From an uncultured Acidobacteriota bacterium (GTDB taxonomy: Bacteria; Acidobacteriota; Blastocatellia; RBC074), in contig CAWCKY010000007.1 in the NCBI GenBank assembly GCA_963796275.1, forward strand, positions 992,001-1,056,000: a stretch of 64,000 nucleotides of DNA. The letters run 5' to 3'. Made by a program: the position numbers and the translations under genes. How positions within the stretch are numbered: the stretch's first letter is position 1; every line of letters starts with the position of its first letter. Below are positions 53,760 through 64,000 of this stretch, piece after piece. Below the pieces are notes generated by a model. The model was not told the origin of the DNA. It worked only from the letters and a program-made list of their open reading frames with translations, and ran no database searches.

Positions 53760-56150
53760 CTATTTCGATCGAAAACGTAAGGTCATCAGCCAATTGAAAG
53801 GCTTGCCGGGATACAACTGCGTGCGGTAGATGCCGCCGACGAAGTACCTTTCTTTATTGAGCGCGTTATAAATATTGATATTGAACTCCCACCGCTCGCG
53901 CCGGTAACAAGCCGTCGCATCCCAGGTGGCATACCCGCCCAGGCGGATGTCGTTTTCGTTGCTCGTGAAGACGCTGCTGAGATAGCGCCCGCCGACGCCT
54001 CCGCCGAAACCGTTCTTCCATTGATAGGTCGCCCACAGGTTGCCGACCTGGCGCGGGACGAAGTTCGGGACTTTACCCGTGTAGACGAAGTTGTTGCTCG
54101 GCGAAAAGTAGTCCAGAAATTTGGTGTCGGTGAAACCGTAATTCATCATAACCTGCAAATTCGGCAGACGTTTCAGAGGCTGCCCCATCAAGTCGAATTC
54201 AAAACCTCGTGAACGCTGCTTCGCGGCCTGCTCGTAGATATGTCCGGTGCCCTGTGATTGGCCGGTTTGAGGATCGATGATCGGGACGCTTCTCACGAAG
54301 ACCGCCAGGTTCCGGCGTTCGATCTCATACCCGGCCATCGTCAAATTCATCCGCCCATTGAGGAGATCGAATCGCTGTCCGATCTCGAACTGCCGGCCCT
54401 CCTCCGGCTGCAACGTGATCTGATTGAACGGGACGACATTGACCGGCGTGAACGAGGTCGCGAACGATCCATAGAGCGTCCACCAATCGCTGGCCTGATA
54501 GACCGCACCGGCCCGGTAGGTCGGCGCATTCCTGGCGAGCTCGATTCGCTCTCCGGAGAATTGCACGCCGTTCGTGACCGGATCGTTGCGGCTCCAACGG
54601 CGGTAGATGTCCATCCGCACCCCGAGCATCGTTTTCAGCCGCCGGGTCAGGTTCAATTGATCCTGGAAGTAAAAAGCATTGAATGTGTTAGCGAAGTAGT
54701 CGATGCGGGAGAGCGGAAAGTCGCGATTGACGTGCGTCTCCACCGGATTGAAGAGGTCGATGGGAGTCGTCGCGGTGGATGCGGCGGCGCTGCGATTGGA
54801 AAAATTGAAGAACCGCTGGTACTCCCAGCCGCCGATGAGTTGATGCTGAAAGCCGGTGCTGAATCGCCAACTGGCCTCCGCCTGATTGAAGACCGGGCGG
54901 CGGTGATGCTTGAAATATAGGAACTGGCGATCGACTAGATTGAGGCTCTGCTGTTCAACGCTGAGCGTCTCCGCGCTGAAATACTCGTCGTTGAAATACC
55001 GGTAGGACAACGTGTTTCGCAGTTGGAGGTGGTCGGAGAAGAGATGGGTGTAATAGATCCGCCCGTTGTAATCCTCGGAGAGCGCGAAATCCTGCGGCGT
55101 ATTGAAACGGCGATCGAGCGGGATGTTCGGCACCTGGTTATCAACCACGGGAATCCCGGCATCGGTCGCAAACCGGTCGCGGTTGATCGTCAGATGAAAA
55201 TTGATCTGATCTCGGGGCGTGACCAGCCACAACACGGAAGGCGTGAAGTTGAATCGCCGCGCGAGATTGTGGCGCCAGCCCTCGGCGTCTTCAAAACCAA
55301 AATCGGCCCGGCCAAGCAGGTGTTCACTGAAGAGCTGGCCGGTCGCGCCGCCGGCGAAGCGCTTGGTGCCGAAACTGCCGCCGGCCAGGGTGAAATCATA
55401 AGCCGGATTGGATTGCGGTTTCTTACGCACCAGGTTGATCGCGCCCCCTATGGCACCGCCGCCATAGAGCACCGAAGCCGGCCCCTTGAGAACCTCGACC
55501 GACTCGATGCTGTTGAGTTGCGTGTTCATGCGGTTGCCTTCATTCCGCACGCCGTCGAGTAACTGGACGGCATCGGCAAAACCGCGAACCCGGTAGTACT
55601 CATAGACCCCATAACCGGTATAAGAATTGAGGCTACTGACATTGCGCAGCGCGGAGACCAAATCGTTCTGTCCCTGCACCTCCAGCGTCTGACGGTCGAT
55701 CCGGTTGAGCGAGATCGGTAGCTCACGTAAGGGCACATCGAGTTTGGAGGCCGTCAGCACTCCCGCATCGGCCACAATGTTGACCGTTTCGCTGACTTCG
55801 CTGACGGCAAGTTTGAAGTCAAGAGACTCGCCCGAAGTCGAAGAGGAATGATTCAATTCGCGGGTGATCGATTGAAACCCGACTTTTTCAACCGTCAGGC
55901 GATAGCTGCTCCATGGCAACTGACTGAACCGGTAAGAACCGTCGGTGTCGCTGACCACCCTTAGCGTGACGGCGGGGGTGCCCGCCCTGGAGATAATAGT
56001 CAATTCGGTGCCTGGAATAGCCGCGCCCTGAGAATCTGTAATCCGTCCGCTCAGGCTACCGGCGGTTTGTGCGAAAGCCGGTATAGGCCCAACTCCCGGC
56101 CATGAGATGAAGGAAACGGCGAGGGCGATAATCGCCAGAAATCTACTCAT
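53760..56150 (-). CDS. TonB-dependent receptor (siderophore-receptor type) with N-terminal carboxypeptidase-regulatory-like domain
   Basis: Signal peptide; RVRGF, IESVEVLKGPASVLYG and GGAINLVRKKP motifs; C-terminal barrel strand. Confidence 0.92.
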   Translation of the reverse strand: MSRFLAIIALAVSFISWPGVGPIPAFAQTAGSLSGRITDSQGAAIPGTELTIISRAGTPAVTLRVVSDTDGSYRFSQLPWSSYRLTVEKVGFQSITRELNHSSSTSGESLDFKLAVSEVSETVNIVADAGVLTASKLDVPLRELPISLNRIDRQTLEVQGQNDLVSALRNVSSLNSYTGYGVYEYYRVRGFADAVQLLDGVRNEGNRMNTQLNSIESVEVLKGPASVLYGGGAIGGAINLVRKKPQSNPAYDFTLAGGSFGTKRFAGGATGQLFSEHLLGRADFGFEDAEGWRHNLARRFNFTPSVLWLVTPRDQINFHLTINRDRFATDAGIPVVDNQVPNIPLDRRFNTPQDFALSEDYNGRIYYTHLFSDHLQLRNTLSYRYFNDEYFSAETLSVEQQSLNLVDRQFLYFKHHRRPVFNQAEASWRFSTGFQHQLIGGWEYQRFFNFSNRSAAASTATTPIDLFNPVETHVNRDFPLSRIDYFANTFNAFYFQDQLNLTRRLKTMLGVRMDIYRRWSRNDPVTNGVQFSGERIELARNAPTYRAGAVYQASDWWTLYGSFATSFTPVNVVPFNQITLQPEEGRQFEIGQRFDLLNGRMNLTMAGYEIERRNLAVFVRSVPIIDPQTGQSQGTGHIYEQAAKQRSRGFEFDLMGQPLKRLPNLQVMMNYGFTDTKFLDYFSPSNNFVYTGKVPNFVPRQVGNLWATYQWKNGFGGGVGGRYLSSVFTSNENDIRLGGYATWDATACYRRERWEFNINIYNALNKERYFVGGIYRTQLYPGKPFNWLMTLRFRSK

Positions 56151-56192
56151 CGATAAAACCTCCTCTTTTTCCCATCGAAAGTCGGTGAGGCC

Positions 56193-56380
56193 AGTGCTCA
56201 AAATCGGTCTCCTGACTTGCGGTTTTCCGTCGATGACCGGTCGAAGATCGATCACCGACATCCCTTCCTCCGCGCCTTCCCGTTGGTGACGAACAGTGGC
56301 TGAATGCGGAGTCAGTCGCCGTTACAGTTGCGTGGGCAGTGGCGGATTTACACCGCGCTTCCCGTTCACTTTCAGCACTC
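56193..56380 (-). promoter_or_regulatory. Cobalamin riboswitch (proximal copy of the tandem)
   Basis: AACGGGAAGCGCGGTGTAAATCCGCCACTGCCCACGCAACTGT, GCCACTG..GGGAAGGC and AAGTCAGGAGACC. Confidence 0.88.
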
Positions 56381-56610
56381 GGTGGTTAATGGTGAACCGG
56401 AGCCGGCTCCGGCATGAATGGTTCGGCGGCAGTTCCTCCTGAATCCGGTTTCGTTATTCAGGCCACGGGCGCTGCCGCTCGGGTTTTGAAGATCGGATGT
56501 GGATGAACTGAAATTTGGAGAGTGGAATGAGATATATACCGGCGGGAACACTTGAGTTGACACCAAAGCCGCACTCTCAATCCACGAAGAGTCCATCGAT
56601 ACCGACCGAA

Positions 56611-56815
56611 CTTCAGGCAGGTCTCCTGACTTAAGCCTCGACGTCGATAACGAACGACGTCTCTTTTCCTTGGAAGCCTTCCCACGCTCTTGCGCAGTGG
56701 CAGAAAGTAGGCAAGGAAAAGAATCGAAGGCTTTCACAGTGGCGGGACCGTGCGGGAGTTTCACCCGCTTCCCTATTCTCCTGCTACCTGAGAAAAGGCA
56801 ACAGGCACCTGAAGC
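56611..56815 (-). promoter_or_regulatory. Cobalamin riboswitch (distal copy of the tandem; paralog of 51781-51995)
   Basis: Same core as the cob-operon riboswitch, with B12 box AAGTCAGGAGACCTGCC. Confidence 0.95.
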
Positions 56816-57256
56816 CAAAACTGTTCTATCAAGACGTCGCCTAATATACACCGAACTATGTGTGAAAGAAATACTGAGGTAATAGGGGTGTCGAGCCGGA
56901 TCGGGGCAAAGCCAGTTCACTATATCTCGACAATCACGGTTTTTTCCTCGCACGGCGACGCGGAGACGATATCAGAGGGAGACTAATCGATCAGGGGCAT
57001 CTGCTGTTCATCATTGAAGGGAAGATCAAGTTTCAGTTGGGAGATAGTTCCAAGTTCTTAGCGAAACGTGGAAAGTGATGCGTGATATTGCTCCTTGTAA
57101 CCGCAATGCGAATGTGTGCAGTACCTGTGATCGAGCCTAACCCACGTTGGATCCGAGCCGCGCGGAGCTAGCCTCTCATAAACTTTTCGTGGCGGGATCT
57201 GATGAGCTTCTGCCTGCGTAGGATATGCACTTATGGAAGCAGGAGAAGAATGGGCA

Positions 57257-57490
57257 CGGCTCACCCGACGGAAAGCGGCTTGCGACCGGGAGCGCCGATA
57301 GCACAGCCAGGTTGTTAGACACTGTCACCCACCAGGAACTCCTCACATTCAAGAGTCATTCGAATAGTGTCTTATCAGTGGCCTTCTCGCCTGACGGGAA
57401 GAGGCTGGCGACCGGATGTCGCGATAGCACAGTCAGGTTGTGGGATGCAATCACCTGTCAGGAACTGCTCAATTTCAAAGGGCATTCAGC
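57257..57490 (+). pseudogene. WD40 repeat fragment
   Basis: Two repeats: SPDGKRLATGSADSTARL and SVAFSPDGKRLATGCRDSTVRLWD. Confidence 0.75.
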
Positions 57491-57877
57491 CTTATCGCAC
57501 AAACGACGCAGTGATCCTACACGAATATCTACCGTTTGTCGGTTTGTAATTGACTCTGTGAATGGCTGATTCAGTCAGGAGCATACCCTGCCTCTGGTGA
57601 GAGAAAATACCCGATCGCCCGGCTGATCGCCTGGCAGCATTCGCACACGGCGACTTCGAGCTCTTCTCAACTCAGGATATGCCCGCGCACATAGTGAATC
57701 AGTCCTCTACTCTGAAGTGCGCCCTGCAGCCAGGCTGACAGCGGGAAACTCAGAGCATCTATCTCAGTTTGTCATGTGTGAGAATCATCGAGTCGGAAGA
57801 TGCAGGAAGAGACGCGATCCTGCGCGTTCAGCAGCCAGCGTGCCAAGCGCTTTTAAACAATTTGCCCGTCTCCTTCC

Positions 57878-60800
57878 TTATTCAGCATTGACACAAATAC
57901 GGCGACAGTCTTCCTCAATTGGCTCTGTCAATACATTGGATTGGAGAACTAAGCTAAACCAAGTAGCTAATGCCTGAATATATGGCGGTCTGAGAGCGCT
58001 CATATGATTACCGGGACCATGCCAAAAGGAGAGATTAGGCGCCCAGCGCCTCCATCCTGCGACGCGCTGTCCGTGTTGATTCCAGTTGGTTTCTTCATCG
58101 AGTTTCGGATCATCCAGGAGCACCAACCGAACGAGCTCTGGGTAAACCTTATCGGGCTGGTAATGAGTGCGCAAGCAAGCAGCGAAGGTACGCAATGGAC
58201 CACCTAGGATTTCAGGCTCTGAGCGCCGGGGCAGAAGGCCAATCGCCACTAGACGCTCATGAATAAGCTCCCCTTGTGCCGCGGCATCGCAAGACTCGAG
58301 ATCGCTTGAGGTGATTTCGAGCTGGCATCCGGCAACCTGCTCGTAAATTTCGATCAACTTCATGACCACTTCGGTGCGATTGTATTCCCGGACGAAAGTG
58401 TCATCAGTATCCGGGGCCTCGCTATCAAGAATGGTAAGCGACGCAATAACGCGTCCGGCTGCGCGCATCCGTTGGGCCATCTCGAATACTACCCAACCAC
58501 CAAAAGAATGCCCCAATAGATGCACCGGACCTTGGGGATGTATCTCGTTGACCGTTTGCAGATATAATTTTGCGGCAGCGGAAACAGTCGAATGAGGAAC
58601 AAGCACGCCGTCCAATCCACGCGGTTGAAGTCCGTAAATCAGCTGTATCTTATCCAGAGAGTGAGCCAATTGTGCAAAGCTGGACACACTATCACCAGCG
58701 CCAGGCACACAGAAGAGTGCTGTATCACTGCGTCGCTCGGTATGAAGCGTTACAAGGGGTGAATAGCTTCGCTCTTTCAAACTTTGACTTTCCTCGCTCG
58801 CATTGCGGATGGCGTCTGATAGAGCTCTACCAAGTAGTTCGATGTTTGGGGGTTTCACCATTGATTGGTGGGTTCCTGGCACTGGTATCACGCGGATTTG
58901 CTCCGTGGGCAAAACCGCGTCCCAGTGCCGCAGAGGATTGGCAATCTCCTCGCACTGTGCAGTAAAGAGATAGATTGGAATTGGAATTGGTTGCGCAATA
59001 TACTGCAAATTTGCCAGATAGAACATTCGCTCACGACTCAAATAGTGAGCGACCTCCTCGGTCGTAAACCCCATGATATGTCGAGGTAATATCGACATAT
59101 CATGGCACTTTCTCACTAAGGTCCCGAAATCCACCTCTAGCTCTAAGCACTTCAGTTCCTCGATCCTCGATTGCAAGCTCTCATTTGAGCCCGATTCGAG
59201 ATAGAGCCTGTGGAAAAGCCAATTCTTATCGTCTAGTGCTTGCTCGGGCATGAAAGCATCAGCGCAATATCCATAGTTCGTATCGAAGAGTCCAAGGAAC
59301 TGAACTATCTGATCCTCGCCAATGAGTTGCGTGGCGATTTCATAGGCTAGTGTCCCCCCAAAAGACCAACCGGCAATAAAGTAAGGCCCAATTGGCTGGA
59401 CGGCACGGATCATTCGCACCATGCGCGCCGCCATTCCCTCAATAGTACGAAACTGAGCTTCGGCCAGTGGCTTCGGTGGCAACCCATAAATGGGGATATC
59501 TGCATCTATATAGGGCGTGAGCTTAAGTGCGTACAGCAGCAAACCAGCACCCTCATGAATCAAGAATAGAGGTGGGCTCCCACTTCCTGCTCGTATAGGT
59601 ATCGCCATGTAATCCCAGGTCCCGCCGTCTTGCTGCAAGATTTGCTGTGCAAGAGACTCAATCGTCGGATGCATTAACACATCCGCTATAGAAATGCAGA
59701 TACCTATGCGCTTGAGAGAACTTACCAATTGCAAGGTAAGCAACGAATGCCCCCCGAGTTCGAAGAAGTTGTCGTGCCGGCCGATCCTCTCCACCTTCAG
59801 CACCTCCGACCAGATGCCCGCCAGCACACTCTCCATCTCGCCTTTGGGCGCAACATATCCGCGCACGGCATAGGCATCTGCTTCCGGTGCCGGCAGGGCC
59901 TTGCGGTCCAGCTTCCCATTCGGCGTCAGCGGCAACGACTCCAGCCGCACATACGCTGCCGGCACCATATAGTCAGGCAGGTTTGCCGCCAGATACGTCC
60001 GCAAGACCTCCGCGCCTACTGTGTCTTCACCCATTTCCGCACCGGTGTAGTAGGCCACGAGCCGTTGATCCCCAGGACTCTCCTCCCTGGCTACCACCAC
60101 CCCCTCTCGTATCCCCGGGTGCCTTTCCAACTGTGCCTCGATCTCTCCCAGTTCGATCCGGAACCCTCGCACCTTCACCTGGTAGTCGTTGCGGCCCGCG
60201 AACTCAATCGTTCCATCCGGCAGCCATCTTCCAAGATCGCCGGTCCTATACATCCGACCTCCGCCCTCTCCAGCGAAGGGATCAGCCACGAATCTCTCCG
60301 CCGTCAACTCCGGCCGGTTCAGATAGCCCAGCGCTACTCCCGCTCCTCCGATGTACAGTTCTCCCATCACTCCTATCGGCGCCGGCTCTCCATCGACATT
60401 CAAAATATAGATCCGTGTGTTGGTGATCGGACGACCTATTGGAATACTCCGCTCATCTCTCCTTATCTCACTGATTTCGTAGGTGGTAGCGAAAGTCGTC
60501 GTTTCGGTCGGTCCATACCCGTTGATCAGGTGTTTCGGCGGATTGCTGAGCAACACCCGCGCAATCACCTTCGGATCGACCACATCTCCTCCGATAATCA
60601 TGTAACGCAGGTTGACAATATCTTCGCTCAATTCGTCCGCATACTGATTGAATAATCCAACGGTCAACCATAAAACATTGACCCCTTGCCGCCTCAGCAT
60701 TTCCCTGAACCGTCGGGGCTCAAGCAATACCGCCTGCTCGATAACCACGATGCGGCCCCCATTGAGCAACGGCGCCCACACCTCCAACGTCGTGGCATCA

Positions 60801-63800
60801 AACGCCGGATTGGCTGCGAAAGCCACCGCGTCCTCAGCATTGAATTGCGCATACCCGTTGTTGATTACCACTCGCGCCACCGCTCGATGCGGTATCACCA
60901 CTCCCTTCGGCTGGCCCGTCGAACCAGATGTGTACATGATGTAGGCCATTGCCCCACTATCGAGCGGCTGGTCCAGATTTTCCGCCACACCATCAATCAG
61001 CCTCTCCTCATCCAGATTGACTCTCTCTGTAGCAGGCATCTCGACCAGCTCCATACTCTCCATTGTGAGCACGATCCTGGCTCCGCTATCTCCGACAATG
61101 AATCGAATCCGCTCGCGGGGGAAGCTCGGATCGATCGGCACATAGGCAGCACCACACTTGAGAATGGCAAGTTCAGCGACCACCAGCTCAATCGAGCGCT
61201 CCAGTAGAATCACCGCTCGGCCCCCCGGTCCTAGACCTCTCTCTCTCAGGTGGTGTGCTAGACAGTTGGCTCGGGCATTGAGCTCTCCATAACTCAGATG
61301 ATTCCCTTCACAGACCACCGCCACTGCCTGCGGCGTCCTCTCCGCCTGTCTCTCAAACAGCTCGTGGATGCACTCTTCGCTCGGATACTCTGCTTCCGTC
61401 CGGTTCCATTCCTCCACCACCTGTCGCCGTTCACATTCCGACAACAACGGCAACCGGCCGATCATCTCTGTCTCGTCGGCCACCATCCCTCTCAGCAGCG
61501 CGCGCCAATACCCCAGATAGCGTTCCACCGTGGAGCTTTCGAACAGCGAAGTGGCGTACTCAAGTCCACCAATGACCGTCTCTTCAGCTTCCTGCAGCAC
61601 CAGCGTCAGATCAAATCTTGTAGTAACGTGAGGACTGGTACCCAGAGGAGCAACTTCCAGTCCGGGCAGTTTGAAGACATCTTTGGAGGCGCTCTGCCAG
61701 GCGAACATCGCCTGGAACAGTGGACTGTGAGCTAGACTGCGCACCGGCCCTACCATCTCCACTACCTGCTCAAATGGAATGTCTTGATGTTGTTGCGCCG
61801 CTACAACCTGCGCCTTTACCCTCTCCAGTACCTCACCCACACTGCGTGTACCCAAGACATCCAGCCGCAGCGCCAGCGTGTTGACGAAGAATCCAATCAG
61901 TCCTTCGATCTCTGTCCGCCCTCGATTGGCCACCGGAGTGCCGATCACCACCTCCTCCTGACCAGCCAGCCGCCCCAGCAACGCCCCCCACCCCGCCAGC
62001 AGGGTCATAAACAGGGTCGTGCCATGGCGTTGGCTGAGGGCTTTTAGCCCCTCCGTCAATTCCGGCTCCAACTCGACTTTGATCAAGGATCCGGCGTAGT
62101 CCTGCTCGGCAGGACGTTCCTGATCTGGCGCCAACTCCAGCAATGCCGGGGCTCCCTCCAGAGTTTCTCTCCAGTAATCGGCTTGCCGTTTCAGAATGTC
62201 CCCGCCCATCCAGCCCCGCTGCCACACGGCGTAATCGGCGTACTGCACCCTCAAGCTCGGTAAGGGATCAGCTTCTCCGTTCCGATATGCATCGTAGAGC
62301 ACCCCCAATTCCCCCATCAACACACCTATCGACCATCCATCCGAAACGATGTGGTGCATGGTGATCAGTAGTGTGTATACATCTTCCTCCTGCCGGATGA
62401 GTCGCCCCCGGATCAGCGGGCCCTGTTCCAGATCGAAAGTGGCCAGCGCTTCCTGACCAATCAAATGGCAGATTTCACCCTCAGCATCGGCCTTGTGCCG
62501 CAAGTCGTGTTCGAGCAGATGAAAGCGGCTCTCCTCCTCGGTGGCGATTCGCTGCACGGGTTGCCCATCGATTTGGCCGAAGGTGGTGCGTAAGATTTCG
62601 TGTCGGGCCACGATCCGATCCAGCGCCTTGCGGAGGGCGGTGCGATCAAGGTCTCCCACCAGTCGCAGGCCAATTGGAATGTGATAGGCTTTGCTGGCTC
62701 TTCCCAGTTGGGATATAAACCACAGGCGCTGTTGAGCGAATGAGAGGGCAAGCCGTTCCGGACCTTCGACAGGCGTGATCGAGGGCAGTTCAGTGTGTGC
62801 AGCGATCTCAAGGCCACTGGCGAAATCGGAGAGCACCGGATGGGCGAATAGGTCACCAAATGGGACTTCCACACTCAATGCATCCCGCAGGCGTGAGATG
62901 ACCTGCATCGCCAGCAGCGAATGGCCCCCCAGTTCAAAGAAGTTGTCGTGCCGGCCGATCCTCTCCACCTTCAACACCTCCGACCATATATCCGCCAGCG
63001 CTCGCTCGACTTCTCCCACTGGTTGTTCATAGCTTCGCGTTGCGTAGGCGCCGGATTCTGGCGCCGGCAGTGCCCTGCGGTCCAGCTTCCCATTCGGCGT
63101 CAGCGGCAACGACTCCAGTCGCACATACGCTGCCGGCACCATATGCTCAGGCAGGCTCGCCGCCAAATACGTCCGCAAGACCTCCGCGCCTACTGTGTCT
63201 TCACCCATCTCCGCACCGGTGTAGTAGGCCACTAGCCGTTGATCCCCAGGACTCTCCTCCCTGGCTACCACCACCCCCTCTCGTATCCCCGGGTGCTTTT
63301 CCAACTGTGCCTCGATCTCTCCCAGTTCGATCCGGAACCCTCGCACCTTCACCTGGTAGTCGTTGCGGCCCGCGAACTCAATCGTTCCATCCGGTAGCCA
63401 TCTTCCAAGATCGCCAGTCCTATACATCCGACCTCCGCCCTCTCCAGCGAAGGGATCAGCCACGAATCTCTCCGCCGTCAACTCCGGCCGGTTCCGATAA
63501 CCGCGCCCAACCTGCACTCCGCCAATATGGATTTCGCCAGCCACACCAACGGGTGCTGGTCGTCCTGCTTCGTCGAGAATGTATATCCGGGTGTTGGCGA
63601 TCGGGCTTCCGATTGACACACTCACCTTTGACAACTCTGTGCGATACACCCCGGCGGTCACATCCACCGCTGCTTCCGTCGGTCCGTACAGGTTGTGAAG
63701 CCCTGCCCTCATTAACCGCTCTTGGAATCTTCGGGCGAGAGTGGCCTGTAGAGTCTCTCCACTGCAAATCACTCGCTCCAGGCTGGAGCACTTCCCGACC

Positions 63801-64000
63801 TCAAGAGGCTCAAGGAAGGCCTGCAGCATCGAGGGAACGAAATGGATAGTGCTGATTTTCTCTCGCTGGATGGTCTCGATAAGATAGGCTGGATCCTTCT
63901 GTCCTCCCGGTCGCGCCATCACCAGTCTGGCGCCGACCTGTAACGGCCAGAAGAATTCCCACACCGATACATCAAAGCTGAACGGCGTCTTCTGCAACAC
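57878..64000 (-). CDS. NRPS terminal part: A(partial)-T-C-A-T-TE-TE, 5' end outside the window
   Basis: YGPTE twice, FFELGGHSLL twice, HHIVSDGWS, YTSGSTGQPKG, and TE motifs GWSFGG and GHSFGG. Confidence 0.97.
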   Translation of the reverse strand: MLQKTPFSFDVSVWEFFWPLQVGARLVMARPGGQKDPAYLIETIQREKISTIHFVPSMLQAFLEPLEVGKCSSLERVICSGETLQATLARRFQERLMRAGLHNLYGPTEAAVDVTAGVYRTELSKVSVSIGSPIANTRIYILDEAGRPAPVGVAGEIHIGGVQVGRGYRNRPELTAERFVADPFAGEGGGRMYRTGDLGRWLPDGTIEFAGRNDYQVKVRGFRIELGEIEAQLEKHPGIREGVVVAREESPGDQRLVAYYTGAEMGEDTVGAEVLRTYLAASLPEHMVPAAYVRLESLPLTPNGKLDRRALPAPESGAYATRSYEQPVGEVERALADIWSEVLKVERIGRHDNFFELGGHSLLAMQVISRLRDALSVEVPFGDLFAHPVLSDFASGLEIAAHTELPSITPVEGPERLALSFAQQRLWFISQLGRASKAYHIPIGLRLVGDLDRTALRKALDRIVARHEILRTTFGQIDGQPVQRIATEEESRFHLLEHDLRHKADAEGEICHLIGQEALATFDLEQGPLIRGRLIRQEEDVYTLLITMHHIVSDGWSIGVLMGELGVLYDAYRNGEADPLPSLRVQYADYAVWQRGWMGGDILKRQADYWRETLEGAPALLELAPDQERPAEQDYAGSLIKVELEPELTEGLKALSQRHGTTLFMTLLAGWGALLGRLAGQEEVVIGTPVANRGRTEIEGLIGFFVNTLALRLDVLGTRSVGEVLERVKAQVVAAQQHQDIPFEQVVEMVGPVRSLAHSPLFQAMFAWQSASKDVFKLPGLEVAPLGTSPHVTTRFDLTLVLQEAEETVIGGLEYATSLFESSTVERYLGYWRALLRGMVADETEMIGRLPLLSECERRQVVEEWNRTEAEYPSEECIHELFERQAERTPQAVAVVCEGNHLSYGELNARANCLAHHLRERGLGPGGRAVILLERSIELVVAELAILKCGAAYVPIDPSFPRERIRFIVGDSGARIVLTMESMELVEMPATERVNLDEERLIDGVAENLDQPLDSGAMAYIMYTSGSTGQPKGVVIPHRAVARVVINNGYAQFNAEDAVAFAANPAFDATTLEVWAPLLNGGRIVVIEQAVLLEPRRFREMLRRQGVNVLWLTVGLFNQYADELSEDIVNLRYMIIGGDVVDPKVIARVLLSNPPKHLINGYGPTETTTFATTYEISEIRRDERSIPIGRPITNTRIYILNVDGEPAPIGVMGELYIGGAGVALGYLNRPELTAERFVADPFAGEGGGRMYRTGDLGRWLPDGTIEFAGRNDYQVKVRGFRIELGEIEAQLERHPGIREGVVVAREESPGDQRLVAYYTGAEMGEDTVGAEVLRTYLAANLPDYMVPAAYVRLESLPLTPNGKLDRKALPAPEADAYAVRGYVAPKGEMESVLAGIWSEVLKVERIGRHDNFFELGGHSLLTLQLVSSLKRIGICISIADVLMHPTIESLAQQILQQDGGTWDYMAIPIRAGSGSPPLFLIHEGAGLLLYALKLTPYIDADIPIYGLPPKPLAEAQFRTIEGMAARMVRMIRAVQPIGPYFIAGWSFGGTLAYEIATQLIGEDQIVQFLGLFDTNYGYCADAFMPEQALDDKNWLFHRLYLESGSNESLQSRIEELKCLELEVDFGTLVRKCHDMSILPRHIMGFTTEEVAHYLSRERMFYLANLQYIAQPIPIPIYLFTAQCEEIANPLRHWDAVLPTEQIRVIPVPGTHQSMVKPPNIELLGRALSDAIRNASEESQSLKERSYSPLVTLHTERRSDTALFCVPGAGDSVSSFAQLAHSLDKIQLIYGLQPRGLDGVLVPHSTVSAAAKLYLQTVNEIHPQGPVHLLGHSFGGWVVFEMAQRMRAAGRVIASLTILDSEAPDTDDTFVREYNRTEVVMKLIEIYEQVAGCQLEITSSDLESCDAAAQGELIHERLVAIGLLPRRSEPEILGGPLRTFAACLRTHYQPDKVYPELVRLVLLDDPKLDEETNWNQHGQRVAGWRRWAPNLSFWHGPGNHMSALRPPYIQALATWFSLVLQSNVLTEPIEEDCRRICVNAE

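Noticed and set aside
56372-56953. 193-aa ORF upstream of the TonB receptor
   Set aside because: It overlaps a cobalamin riboswitch leader and has no recognisable protein features.

Overview
This is a 64-kb bacterial window, most likely from Acidobacteria, based on the PadR + ADOP permease pair, the paired PQQ-like propellers and the M48 peptidase style. It probably comes from a long-read assembly, because several conserved genes carry isolated single-base insertions. The first 20.6 kb is core-like: two PQQ-like beta-propeller genes, a three-gene membrane cluster (tandem Cys8 zinc-finger protein, Ubl/6TM/split-FHA protein, vWA protein), ahcY, metK, acs, a DUF442-type protein, smc, three GT2 glycosyltransferases and tRNA-Gln(CTG). 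From 20.6 to 41.1 kb is a decayed accessory mosaic with an attC site, vapBC and hicBA, a non-autonomous IscB element that keeps its omegaRNA/HEARO RNA, a second iscB remnant, an ORF-less group II intron, fragments of IS21, IS4-like, Tn3, tnpB, tyrosine recombinases and Rhs, plus MFS, gluconolactonase, M48, ADOP and GGT-like genes. From 41.1 to 56.9 kb is an anaerobic-type corrin-ring operon and a TonB receptor/PepSY-TM pair under three cobalamin riboswitches. From 57.9 kb to the end is the 3' part of an NRPS (A-T-C-A-T-TE-TE). The best novelty candidates are the Ubl/circularly permuted FHA/vWA/Zn-finger cluster (3462-7023) and the omegaRNA-only IscB mini-element inserted at a toxin-antitoxin start codon (22011-22504). 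All calls were made by eye; no database searches were run.
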